DNA of 64,000 bases from Guillardia theta CCMP2712 (Eukaryota; Protista; Cryptophyta): assembly GCF_000315625.1 (NCBI RefSeq), contig NW_005434637.1:254495-318494 (forward strand). Reading direction: 5' to 3'. Below the pieces are notes generated by a model. It saw only the letters and a program-made list of their open reading frames with translations, was not told the DNA's origin and ran no database searches. Both the position numbers and the translations under genes were made by a program. Below, one piece after another: positions 35,656 through 45,698 of the stretch (position 1 is the first letter of the stretch; each line of letters opens with the position of its first letter).

Positions 35656-37632
35656 ATGAAGCGACAAGTCGCGAGCGGTGGGGACGAGGAGGAGAGTTTT
35701 GCTGCTGCCAAACGATTCAGACGACTGCAACCCAGCGATGAAGGCTTCTGGAACTCTGTCAAGATATGTTACGGTCACTCAGACGCGGTGTCAAGCATCG
35801 CATGCTCTCCTATGGGAAACTTGATTGCATCAGGCTCTTGGGACAAGACAGTAAGGATCTGGAACAAAACAAGCCTCCAAGAGATATGCTGCATGAAAGG
35901 CCATCTACATCGAGTAACTTGCGTTGCATTTCCCCTAGATTCAACAGAAGAAGTTGTGGCTTCTGCTTCTGAGGATGGCACAATCAGAACGTGGGAGGTG
36001 AGGAGCGGAAGTGAATTGAGACGTTTCAAGGGGCATACAGGCAACGTCACAAGCATTGCATGGTCTCCCACCTCGGATAGGATTGCCTCAGCGTCTGAGG
36101 ACAAGACAGTGAGGATATGGGAGGTAAGCAGTGGGAAGGAAATCAAGATTTGTCGAGGACATCAAGACAAAATTACAAGCCTGGCATGGTCGCCCGATGG
36201 GACAATGATTGCCACGGGTTCTATGGATTATACAGTGAGGATATGGAGGGAGGACGATGAGAATGAGATCAAATGCTTTCGAGCAGATGAAGCAGGTCGA
36301 TGGATCCCAAGAATGGTACCTCTAGCGTGGTTTCTCAACAATGCCGACGGATCCGGCATAAGGAGCGTCGCATGGTCGACGTGCGGGAAGATGATTGCCT
36401 CAGGGTGCTCGGACACGACAATCAGAATATGGGATGTAAATAAAAACAAACAGATCCATTGCTGTGAGGGACACAAACGATTCGTTACCAGTGTCGCATG
36501 GTCTAAGAATGGAGATCTTGTCTCGAGTTCTGAAGATGGCTCAGTGAGGATATGGCAAAAAAGAAAGAGATTGTTTTTGTCTTGGCCACAAAATCTCTGC
36601 GGTCACAATCTGAATTCTGCTCCTGTGAACAGCGTTGCATGGTCTCCTAATGAACTGAGTATCGTCATGGGCTCCAGCAACAATACTGTCAGAATCTGGC
36701 AGAAAGATTGTTGGCAAGTTGTAAAAAGGTATGAAGTACACAAGAATGAAGTCGCAAGTGTTGCATGGTCCCCAGATGGACAGATGATTGCCACTGGATC
36801 TGAGGATAAGATGTTGCGGACACATAGTTTTACCAATCCAGACGAGAAAACCCTTTATGAAGGACATGCTGGAAGCGTCATGACCGTAGCATGGTCTCCT
36901 TGTGGAAGCCTCATTGCCTCGGGCTCGGAAGACAAGATCATCAGCTTGTGGAATAGCAAAAGCAGCGACAAAGTCAGAGACTTGGTGGGACATGAGGAGA
37001 CGATCACGAGTCTCTCTTGGTCTCCTGATGGGGCAAAGCTTGCGTCAGGGTCCTGGGACACGACTCTCAGGATTTGGAAGGTCAGCACCGGCAGGAAGGA
37101 AAGGTGCTTCAAAGGTCATGCGCATCGCGTGTCGAGTGTCGCTTGGTCTCCGGATGGGAAGACCATCGCCACAGCTTCATGGGACAAGACTGTGAGGATC
37201 TGGGAGGTCAGCAGCGGAAAGTCTAGCCAACACTGTTGCAGTAAAACTGCTGCCTTGACAAGCGTCGCTTGGTCACCAGACGGGAAGATGATTGTAACTT
37301 TGTCTGGTGAAGGAATTGTGGCTGTGTGGAAGGTAAGCAGCTGGGCTTCACAAAACTGTTTCATTCCAGACAGGACGGCTGTGGTGACAAGCGTTGCTTG
37401 GTCACCAGATGGAAGTACGATCGCTTGTGGGTGTGAGAATGGTCAGGTCACCATGTTAGATGTGATGATGGACCCCTGGACTAATGCCACAGTGACGACT
37501 CTGAAGCTTGATAGAAGCAAGAGAGCAAAGATCGTGCACTTGGCCTGGTCAAGTGATGCGTGTTATGTCGCTTGTGGGTCAGATGACGGCACCATCACCA
37601 TCATTCGGGACGCAGCCTCAGTCCTCAAGTGA
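35656..37632 (+). CDS. Intronless WD40-repeat protein, 14 repeats (probably a double 7-bladed propeller)
   Basis: 658-aa ORF of GH..V.SVAWSPDG..IASGS.D.TVRIW units, 14 counted by eye. Confidence 0.95.
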   Translation: MKRQVASGGDEEESFAAAKRFRRLQPSDEGFWNSVKICYGHSDAVSSIACSPMGNLIASGSWDKTVRIWNKTSLQEICCMKGHLHRVTCVAFPLDSTEEVVASASEDGTIRTWEVRSGSELRRFKGHTGNVTSIAWSPTSDRIASASEDKTVRIWEVSSGKEIKICRGHQDKITSLAWSPDGTMIATGSMDYTVRIWREDDENEIKCFRADEAGRWIPRMVPLAWFLNNADGSGIRSVAWSTCGKMIASGCSDTTIRIWDVNKNKQIHCCEGHKRFVTSVAWSKNGDLVSSSEDGSVRIWQKRKRLFLSWPQNLCGHNLNSAPVNSVAWSPNELSIVMGSSNNTVRIWQKDCWQVVKRYEVHKNEVASVAWSPDGQMIATGSEDKMLRTHSFTNPDEKTLYEGHAGSVMTVAWSPCGSLIASGSEDKIISLWNSKSSDKVRDLVGHEETITSLSWSPDGAKLASGSWDTTLRIWKVSTGRKERCFKGHAHRVSSVAWSPDGKTIATASWDKTVRIWEVSSGKSSQHCCSKTAALTSVAWSPDGKMIVTLSGEGIVAVWKVSSWASQNCFIPDRTAVVTSVAWSPDGSTIACGCENGQVTMLDVMMDPWTNATVTTLKLDRSKRAKIVHLAWSSDACYVACGSDDGTITIIRDAASVLK

Positions 37633-37841
37633 AACAGCCGCGGCAAAGCCCATCTGAAAACGGATCACTGAGCCCGATTGGGTGGTCGAGATGGTGAACC
37701 GTTGTAGTAGTGAGGGCGGCTGCCACCGTGACCCGCAGCCTGGCACAGTGGCGCGGCAGAGTCACGTCAATCAATGATGGAACTCCGAGTGACTGCCGTC
37801 ACCGTTCCAGTGTAGTAGGAATAAACTTTCACTGCATATCA

Positions 37842-39383
37842 TCATGGTAGTATACATGTTTTGGAACCGATCTTGACCAGCTCTTGGCAGTCGTTCCGAA
37901 GTTCCACCACCTCGCCCGGTTGTGGCAGGCCATGGGGCCGGCTGGGCAAGCATCTCATCGAGTCCTTGCGGCTACTCAATTGCTGTATGAAGAAGTACAG
38001 TCCGTGTCGTCTCTGTGGAGGGAGACAGGTCAAGGTCAGCCCGTCGACGAGAATCGCAAGCGATCAAGTTACCTCTCTTCGCGCAGACTCGAGTCGGGCG
38101 ATGGCTGCGAAAGTATGTCATGCAGTCACCGCAGACAGCCGATCGTAACCTCGTAGTCTCCATCATGGGTTGACATGGACAAGTCTTCATGGCGGCCTGC
38201 CATCGCTCTCCCACCTCCAAGACTTCGGCACCTGCCTTGAGTGAGTGCATGCGCGTTCGCCAGCTGCATACACACCCGTGATGCCCTTTGCTCTTGTGGG
38301 CTGCGCAGAAGAACAGGCCGCATTTCTTGCACTGATACCTCTCCATCTTCCTTATGAACCAGTTCCTGCAGGTGTCAACGTCCAGTTATTGTTGAGCAGG
38401 CGCGCAACAACTGTCTGTACTTGCTGAAGAGCTTGTTGCAGTAATTGCACCTTTTCCTGATATTCGACCCGTGTGCTGCTGAACAAACATTCATCAGGAT
38501 GTCTTTTTGGGGGAGAAAGAAAAAATCCGCAGGATTTCAACTCACATGCTGAAAATTCTTCAATCGAAGTTGGCTGTATTTCCCTCTCTGTCTCTTGCAT
38601 GGATTGTCTAACAATCTTCTTTGCGGTCGCATGATCAAGAGTGATCGGAGCTCCTGCTGTGCCATCGGCATGCTGCTTCGGAATCTGAGCTTGAGCTTGT
38701 CTCCCAGTCTCGTTCGTTGGCCTTGTGCTGGATTGCGATCTTGCTGCTGGGCGCAGAGGATCAGGAAACAAAGAATAGCTCCATTTCGTCCTTACAATCC
38801 GTCCTCGATGGTTGGTCTTTCGATCTCTTCATGCCATTCCCCTGTTGAGAATTCTCAATAGTTTGCTGAAATAACATGATGCTGAGGTACCGATTGCTGC
38901 ACACAACCTCTTGCAGCTGCACCACCAGTAGAATTGGTATGGTACGGTCCCTTCACAGTCATTCAGCGAACCGCAAACACTCTCTCACTGTAACACCTCG
39001 TCCGAATCTTCGAAGCAATCTTCGAAGTCGTCAGCCAATGCTGAGTCGCTGTGGCTCTTCAGTAGTGATTCTACAATCAAGAAACATTCAGCAACCTTCA
39101 GATCCCACAGTCTGATGTCACCTTTGATTGATGGTGGAAATGTAGCACACTTGTTCGCTTGTTCTCCTTGAACCCCAGCGAGCGCTGATAGCGCTTGCAT
39201 GATTTCTGCTCTCTTGGCTTCCATGTTTGCCTTTCGAACTTTACTGCTGTCCGACCTCAAATTTTGAAGGGATGTGTGCGATTTTGACTTGGTCGGTCCA
39301 TTTGCTTTCTTTGACGCAGTACCGCTGGCGTTCTCATTTGACTGCGACTGGACCAAGTTCGGCACTCTTATCTTTTTCACCAT
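37842..39383 (-). CDS. Multi-exon region with a helical segment and an AN1-like zinc finger; either the tail of the upstream EF-SAM gene or a separate gene
   Basis: Spliced RKRCNYCNKLFSK/NWFIRKMERYQCKKCGLFFCAAHKSKGHHG/C fits C-x2-C...C-x2-C-x4-C-x2-H-x5-H-x-C. Boundaries are uncertain. Confidence 0.55.
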
Positions 39384-39399
39384 CTTCCCAACTTGCAAC

Positions 39400-41476
39400 C
39401 TTGCATTCAGAGTTCCCTAGCACCCAAATATATCAATGCAAGGAGTTTGTTGAAAAACACTTCAAATATGAAGAGGAAGAACGCGCACCGAAACGTGAGT
39501 GTGACACTTACAAACTAATATATAGACGATTAGGAAAGAATTTGGGGTGTGCGGGGTTGGGGACTGAGAAACAAGAGGGAAGGACAAACACGCTTGACAA
39601 CAGAAATTGGGGCATACTTCCTGCAAGGTCCGAATCGTATCATTGAGGATACCCAAGCGAAATGCACCAAAGGCGAGTGGCGCCAAGAAGCCAAAAAACG
39701 ACAAGATGAGGTTCAAAACCTGGCAATCGTTATCGAAGCTGCAGGTGAAAGTGAGAAAAATTACCTGCCAGAGATCGAAGCTCAGCAACGTTGACCCCCA
39801 GTATTTCCATCCTCCAAACAGCCCGGTCCATTTGTTCTGGACTCAACAGCTTCAGCAAGATGAGCAACCCATTGGGACGCTACCGTGTCTGAGAAGCAAC
39901 CAGAGTCTAGAATCTCACGGCAGATAGCCTGTCAACCAAGATAGTTCGGGAGAGAATTGAATGCCAACAAGTAAACCTCCGTCAGGTGAGCTCGCTTCAT
40001 GTCGCTCTTAATCCCTAGGATGGTATGAAGCAATCTACAGACTGTCACGTCTGGAGCTCACAGTCAGCATCACAGCACCTCGGGTTCTGTATTCCGATGC
40101 TCCACAGTGTCAGGCCTCGAACATCATGTTTCTTGAAAGCCGGTATGTAGTCCTTTGATAAGAGGATTACCGGAGTATCTTTCAACACTCATTGTTACCT
40201 CCATGTTTGTTGGGACACACTTGTCATCCGAAAGCCATTTGATAAGTTCTTCATTGCTCAGTTTGCTCAGTTTGCTTCGCCAAAAACGAGTCTTCAGCTC
40301 CCACATCTCTTGTCTTGTGATCTACAAGGCCATTTCAGCCCCTTCCAGCTCGTGGAAGCAACGAGTTGTGCCGTACCTGTCCATTTCTATCCGGATCCAA
40401 ACAATGAAATGCTTCTAGAACTCCCACACCTCCTCGAGCCTGCAAAAATTTCATTCCAAGTCTCATGCTTATTCCCATACCTGCTGACGAACAAATTCCT
40501 CTTCACTGACTTGACCATCATCGTTCTGGTCCTGACCCCCTTCAAACAAATGAGCTTTGAATCTACCAACACCACTTCTCTACCTTCGAAGAATGATCTC
40601 GAATCGACATGTTTGATAGCATCTTCCAATTTTTCTGCACAAAGCACATTCACGTTGAACACCGAGTCAGCAGATTGTACCTTCAGTCTTGTTCTCCCTA
40701 GTAGTCGGAGCCATCAAATCAGCTGAAACAGGAGGTCCCAAACAACCAAGTCCTTCAATTTCCCTGTAGAGAACCATCCGGGAGACATCAAAACTTCCGG
40801 AAAAGGAGACCCTGGCACTACCTGCAGATAGCCTGCACTAGAGTTCGCCTGACCACTGGGTTCCCGATCTTGAGCTCGTTCTTGAGGAGCCGAGGGCTGC
40901 GGACTCCATACTCCCACAGGGACAATCCATTCAGCCCTGCATGCTCGTTCAACGCAAGTTCGTGTCATCGAGAAGAAGCACCTGCTTGCTTGAACTTGTT
41001 CGCATACTTGCTCATGTCAGTGGGCACGCACTTGGGATACATGAGCCAGTCTAGAACTTCTTCAGAGTTCAGCTGGCAACCATTGGTCAGCGCCATGGGA
41101 GGACGGGAAACAATCTGCAACACACTGACCTGCGAGAGTCTGCTCCGGTAGAATCGCTTCTTCAGAGCGTTCTGCTCCTCCTTCGTCACATACCCATTCA
41201 TGTCGCCGTCAAGACAGGCAAAGGCTGAATCCGAACCCCCCCTGCTCCCATCAACAAACTCTTGCCTCGTGACCCTGTGTGTCATGGTAAATATCCCAGG
41301 TCGTTGAGTTACAAAGGAACATGGTTTCACCTTCCATCCCTGTTCTTGTCTCTGATTTCAAAATCATCCAAAGGGATGTTCTCTTCGTCATCAGAGGCAA
41401 ACACGACCAAAACAAAATGAAGGCAAAGCCCCAGCAGTGCGAAAAATCGGGTTCGAAATCTCGATTGTGACTTCAT
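39400..41476 (-). CDS. STIM-like protein: signal peptide, two tandem EF-hand-pair/SAM modules, then transmembrane segment(s); more than 12 short exons
   Basis: Leader MKSQSRFRTRFFALLGLCLHFVLVVFA. EF loops DKNRDG/RVTRQE, DGDMNGYVTKEE, DQNDDGQVSEEE, DPDRNGQ/ITRQE. SAM1 LNSEEVLDWL..KYANKFKQA/GLNGLSL..LKIGNPVVRRTLVQAICR/EIEGLGCLGPP. SAM2 LSNEELIKWL../DYIPAFKKHDVRGLTL../LGIKSDMKRAHLTE/AICREIL. TM VLNLILSFFGFLAPLAFGAF. Confidence 0.8.
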
Positions 41477-42054
41477 CTCTGCTCTGATGAAAGTTGGACT
41501 GATTCTTTTCTGCAGACACCTTCACCTGATTGACATGTGACTAGCGATGGAGAACCTTTTCACACGCCGAAAATCATTGATCCATGGCCCAATTCAGTAC
41601 AAATCCCTCTCATGCACATCATCAGATGTTATGTTCTGAATATTGTCGCTCGTCCCTTTCATTGCAAGGTGTCCGCGTTGCTCCTATCCCTCATCTCACC
41701 TCCTCGTCCTCAGACGGTCGATAAAAACCGCATGCTGATACTGCACAATCCTTAGTTGGCAATAGAAATTCAAAATTTTCGCAAGTACCTCGAAATTGTG
41801 AGTCTAAAAATGTGGATAACCCCAAGTTAGTTTTCATATTTGCGCCAACTCTAAAGAAATGGATATAGCGATCCCCTCATCATTCCCCTTGGAATAGAAC
41901 CCCACCCCCGACGCAATCATCAAGGGGGTAGTCAACTTTATCCGGTCAGGAAGTCCTTCATTCGTGGGGTACCGGAGGGTGATTGTAGCAATTATAAGGG
42001 GTCATCAGGTGAATAAATCCGGGGGTGGGGGTGGCTGGGGTTCAGAGCTGGGAC

Positions 42055-42340
42055 CTGTCGCCGAGTCACTGCAATACTGAGTCATACTCAGCCGGGCCCC
42101 GGGCCGTGAGTACCGTACCGGGGCCGCTAGTACACTCCGGCGGCCCGCCGCCCCGGCGGGCCGCCAACCACACGGTAGCTGATACTGGTGACCAGGCTAG
42201 TTAGGAACTTCCATGCATTCTGCCGAGACGGGCTGTTGAGAGTCGCCGTCGAGTCGATCGGACCGTCGGATCGGACAGGGCGGCCGTACTGAGCCTGCAC
42301 TGCGGCAGTCCGGCGGACCCCGCGGAGTACGGTAGCTAGT
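42055..42340. repeat. Palindrome-rich GC island adjacent to a G-run block (41810-42050)
   Basis: ctgagtcatactcag, ccgggccccgg, hairpin ggcccgccgccccggcgggcc, and gatcggac repeats. Confidence 0.65.
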
Positions 42341-42427
42341 AGACACTGTTTTTTGCAGGCTCGCGTCAGTGAGAATTCTGATCTAATTCAGTTACAAGTT
42401 ACAAGATAACAGCAGCAGCCTCCGACG

Positions 42428-43816
42428 CTACAAGAAGAAACGAAGGGGCAATAGTCTTAAGATATGGATGAGGATGGGACATGACGCGATTCCGTCACGA
42501 GGGAGAAGCGCCAAAAGACATTGAGAAGCCTCGCACTTGAGAACTCCGATCCATAAGAGCCTCTCCAGCCGCCATGGCATTCGCTGCCGGCAAGCTAACA
42601 GTGTGTGCCGAGCACATGGGCCACAGCCGACAGCCGACAGCCGAACCTCCTTGAGATCTTCCAGCATCAGCTTCGGGAGCAGCTGAAACTCGACCTCGCA
42701 ACTCGCATGCCCCAGCTCACCAGTTGCGTTACTTCCCCAGGAAAACGCCATCTGTGCGTTGGCGTCCACGACCATCGTGTGGCTGTGGCCACAGACGAGG
42801 GAACCGACGTGGGCGCGCTCAATCCCCAGCACCAACGCGGGCACAAGGCTGTTTGACTTGGAGCCGATGCCCAGCTGTCCGCTATCCCCTTGACCGGAAC
42901 AGAAGACCCTGCCGGAGGACGTGAGAAAAGCTGTGTGACTGAAACCGCAAGCCAACTGAACCACCCGCTCCTCCCCCCTCCAGGGCGTCTCGACTCTGCT
43001 TGGGATCAGCTTGGGCTCAAGACTCCCGATAGCAAGTTGTCCCTCCTCGTTCCTTCCCCATGCAAAGAGAGAACCATCAGATAGCATGACCACCGCGTGT
43101 TGCCCTCCGCACGCCACATCTTGCAGCTTTGGCCTGATGGAGGATTGCTGGGGGATCTTGACAACTTGAGGGGTCGGGCTGACGATGGTGTGCGAAGAAT
43201 AGCCTATTCCAAGCTGCCCGCAGTCATTGCGACCAAAGGAAAAGACTGAGTGCGCAGAGATAACAACTGAGAAGCAATCACCGCACGAAGCTTTCTCGGC
43301 ACCGCACCCTCTCAGACTCTCAAGCAGCTGCGGTGTCCGAGTGTGATCATATTGCAAGCCCAACCCTAGTTGACCGTACATGTTCCATCCGAATGACCAC
43401 ACATCTCCTTCCTCCGTCGTCAACACTGCATGCGCTCTTCCGCACGCGAGAGAATTTATCCTTACCCCCCTCAACGGCAAAAGTTCTCTTAGCTCATGCG
43501 ACACGCAAGTGCTGAAGCGTGAGCTCTTGTGATCGAGGTTTCCGCATATCCATGTCCGAGTTTCACCTGCTCTGAGTCCATGAACGACAGAGAAGTCGGA
43601 GCCTGCGGCAATGCTTGTTTCACTTGAGCCTGCTTCCAAGTCCTCAACCCTCTTCTCCACTTCATCTGCATATGGCACTCGCGCCCATCGCCGCATGACA
43701 TGAGGAAACCATAGCCGCTTCCTCTTCTCTCCAGGCTCCTCCTCTTCTCGTCGTTCCTCATGCATGTCCGGCCCAAGTTGGCCGCAATGATTCTGCCCGA
43801 TGCCATAGACAGGCAT
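42428..43816 (-). CDS. Intronless RCC1-repeat (UVR8/HERC-like propeller) protein with a short C-terminal helical motif
   Basis: Repeated ACGxxH...VWSFGWNMYGQLGLG, FGRNDCGQLGIG, WGRNEEGQLAIG, SGQGDSGQLGIG, WGSNATGELG. Start taken at MPVYGIGQN (43816). Confidence 0.93.
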   Translation of the reverse strand: MPVYGIGQNHCGQLGPDMHEERREEEEPGEKRKRLWFPHVMRRWARVPYADEVEKRVEDLEAGSSETSIAAGSDFSVVHGLRAGETRTWICGNLDHKSSRFSTCVSHELRELLPLRGVRINSLACGRAHAVLTTEEGDVWSFGWNMYGQLGLGLQYDHTRTPQLLESLRGCGAEKASCGDCFSVVISAHSVFSFGRNDCGQLGIGYSSHTIVSPTPQVVKIPQQSSIRPKLQDVACGGQHAVVMLSDGSLFAWGRNEEGQLAIGSLEPKLIPSRVETPWRGEERVVQLACGFSHTAFLTSSGRVFCSGQGDSGQLGIGSKSNSLVPALVLGIERAHVGSLVCGHSHTMVVDANAQMAFSWGSNATGELGHASCEVEFQLLPKLMLEDLKEVRLSAVGCGPCARHTLLACRQRMPWRLERLLWIGVLKCEASQCLLALLPRDGIASCPILIHILRLLPLRFFL

Positions 43817-44019
43817 TTTCCAACCAAGTACCGGCAGTTTCACATTAGCCCCGCATTGGTGATTTAAATTTGAAACTTGATCTATCAAAAAGAACTTTTA
43901 TGCAATTGGTTTTCAAATGCAAAATGCAAGCCCTGCTTTCGAAATTTTTAATGGCCATCCGCTTTTGAACCCCGCAACGGCCTCGTTTTATTACTCAAAG
44001 TTGAGTTAAAATCGGGACC

Positions 44020-44375
44020 ACCGTCCAGGTTCGTCCGAAGTTCCGAAGAAGAACTTCCGAACTAGGCCCCGGGCCGTCACGCCGGTTCCGGCCTTGCCCG
44101 GCCCGCGGGCCGCGCAGTGCGTTGAACGTCGGATCGGACGCCGCGGCCCCGGGCCCAGGCCGACTCGGACGGTTCCGCTGCCGTGCGGCCGCCGCGCGGA
44201 CTCGATCGGTCCCCGGCCGGATGCTCCGGGCCCGGATCAGGGTGACCTCGGACACTCGTTCACTGAGTGACCGTAGTGCACCGGGCCGACGGTGAAGTGC
44301 CGGGTGCCGACCGAGTTGTCGGGTCGGTTTTCAGCTCCTCGTGAGTCAGGCTTCACTCCATGGCCGCCGGCCCTC
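44020..44375. repeat. Palindrome-rich GC island between divergent genes, followed by a G/C-run and AT-rich block
   Basis: ggccccgggcc x2, gcggccgc, cgatcg, ccgggcccgg and cactgagtg. Confidence 0.65.
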
Positions 44376-44797
44376 TACCCCCCTCAGACCCACCCCACCC
44401 AGTACGAGTTTCACAAAAATCAAATTCCGAGAAGGTTGACAAACAACCTCATTTTGAAATTTCAAGGTTCCTCACGCTTGTTTCTCATAGGACAAGAAGG
44501 GCATACTTTGAAAGTTTTGAAGCATAACCGCAGAATTACTTTAAATTTGGGGCATATAGACCCCTAAGATGAAAATCTTATGGAAGGTATTAAGAGAAAG
44601 GGGGGTCGCTGGTTTAAGGGGGTCATAAGAATTCCGATAGGGGTTATCTAATACATGTAAGTAAGTATTTTTGAATATTGACCAGCACTTTTTCAGTGTA
44701 ATTTGTATATTTTATAACAATTTTCGAAATTGCTTCAATATTAGACACAATGATTTCCACTTCTAGGAAACTGTCGCACAGCACCCGCCTCTCCGCC

Positions 44798-45554
44798 ATG
44801 CTCAGAAGCGCTCTCCTCCTCCTCCTCGCTCTCGCCTGCGTCTCCGCATTTGCCCCTGCTGCCCTCCCAGCTCTCAGATCAACTCGCAAGGCTCCCATCA
44901 GGTATCCACCAACCAGACCATGTGCTGTGCTTGTCTTGTTCCCCCTCGAAGGAAATCCTCGTCACACGCAGTGCGACTCTCCGTTCCGCCCTCTTTCTTG
45001 TGAAAAAACGTTCCGCGTGTCAAATCTCCTTGCAAGTGCAAAAACATTTAGACCATATCATCGAGACAAAACCTAGGCAGACTTCAAACTAAAATTTTCT
45101 CAGCAGCGTGAGAATGGCTGGAGCCGACAGGATGCCCCCAGGCCCTAAGGGACGTGGTCCATTCGGACCTGAGGACACCTTTGTCCTTCCGGACGGTGTG
45201 CATCTGAAACTCTTCATCTGCTGATGTCCTCCTCCTCCTCCTCCTCCTCCTCCTCCTGCCTCTCCTCCTCCTCCTCCTGCCTCTCCCCCTTCCCCCTCTC
45301 TTCCTTATATATTTCTTTTCCTGTCTGATGACAGTAATTCAGGTCGCTCTTACACCCCTGGAGATGCCTGCACTGATGACATCTACGGTGCTGCTCTCGC
45401 CAACCCTGTCGTGCTTCCTGATGCCTTGAAGCTCACCGTCGGAGCTGGAGTGAGTTCAAATTTGTCGAATGCAGCGGAACTAACTAGACCATAGTTGTTG
45501 GGCTTCTCCGTCCTCGTTCCTACCATTCTCATCAAGGTGATTGGAGGATATTAA
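44798..45554 (+). CDS. Small nucleus-encoded, plastid-targeted single-TM protein (4 exons), function unknown
   Basis: MLRSALLLLLALACVSA-FAPAALPALRSTRKAPIS/VRM is a signal peptide + Phe-motif transit peptide. Mature part AGADRMPPGPKGRGPFGPEDTFVLPD/GRSYTPGDACTDDIYGAALANPVVLPDALKLTVGAG/LLGFSVLVPTILIKVIGGY*. All three introns are GT-AG and phase-consistent. Confidence 0.85.
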
Positions 45555-45698
45555 ACATGATTGATCTCAAGAAATAAAAAGTTGAACTCCATTGTGGATG
45601 CTCTCGCTGATTAATTTACTAATTTAAAGGGAAAAATTTACATGAAGGAAGTGCTCTTCTCCTTCAAGAAAAGGGTGTCACCATACTTGCACAGCAAA

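Noticed and set aside
42428-43816. UVR8 photoreceptor assignment for the RCC1 protein
   Set aside because: The GWRHT tryptophan-triad motifs are absent.
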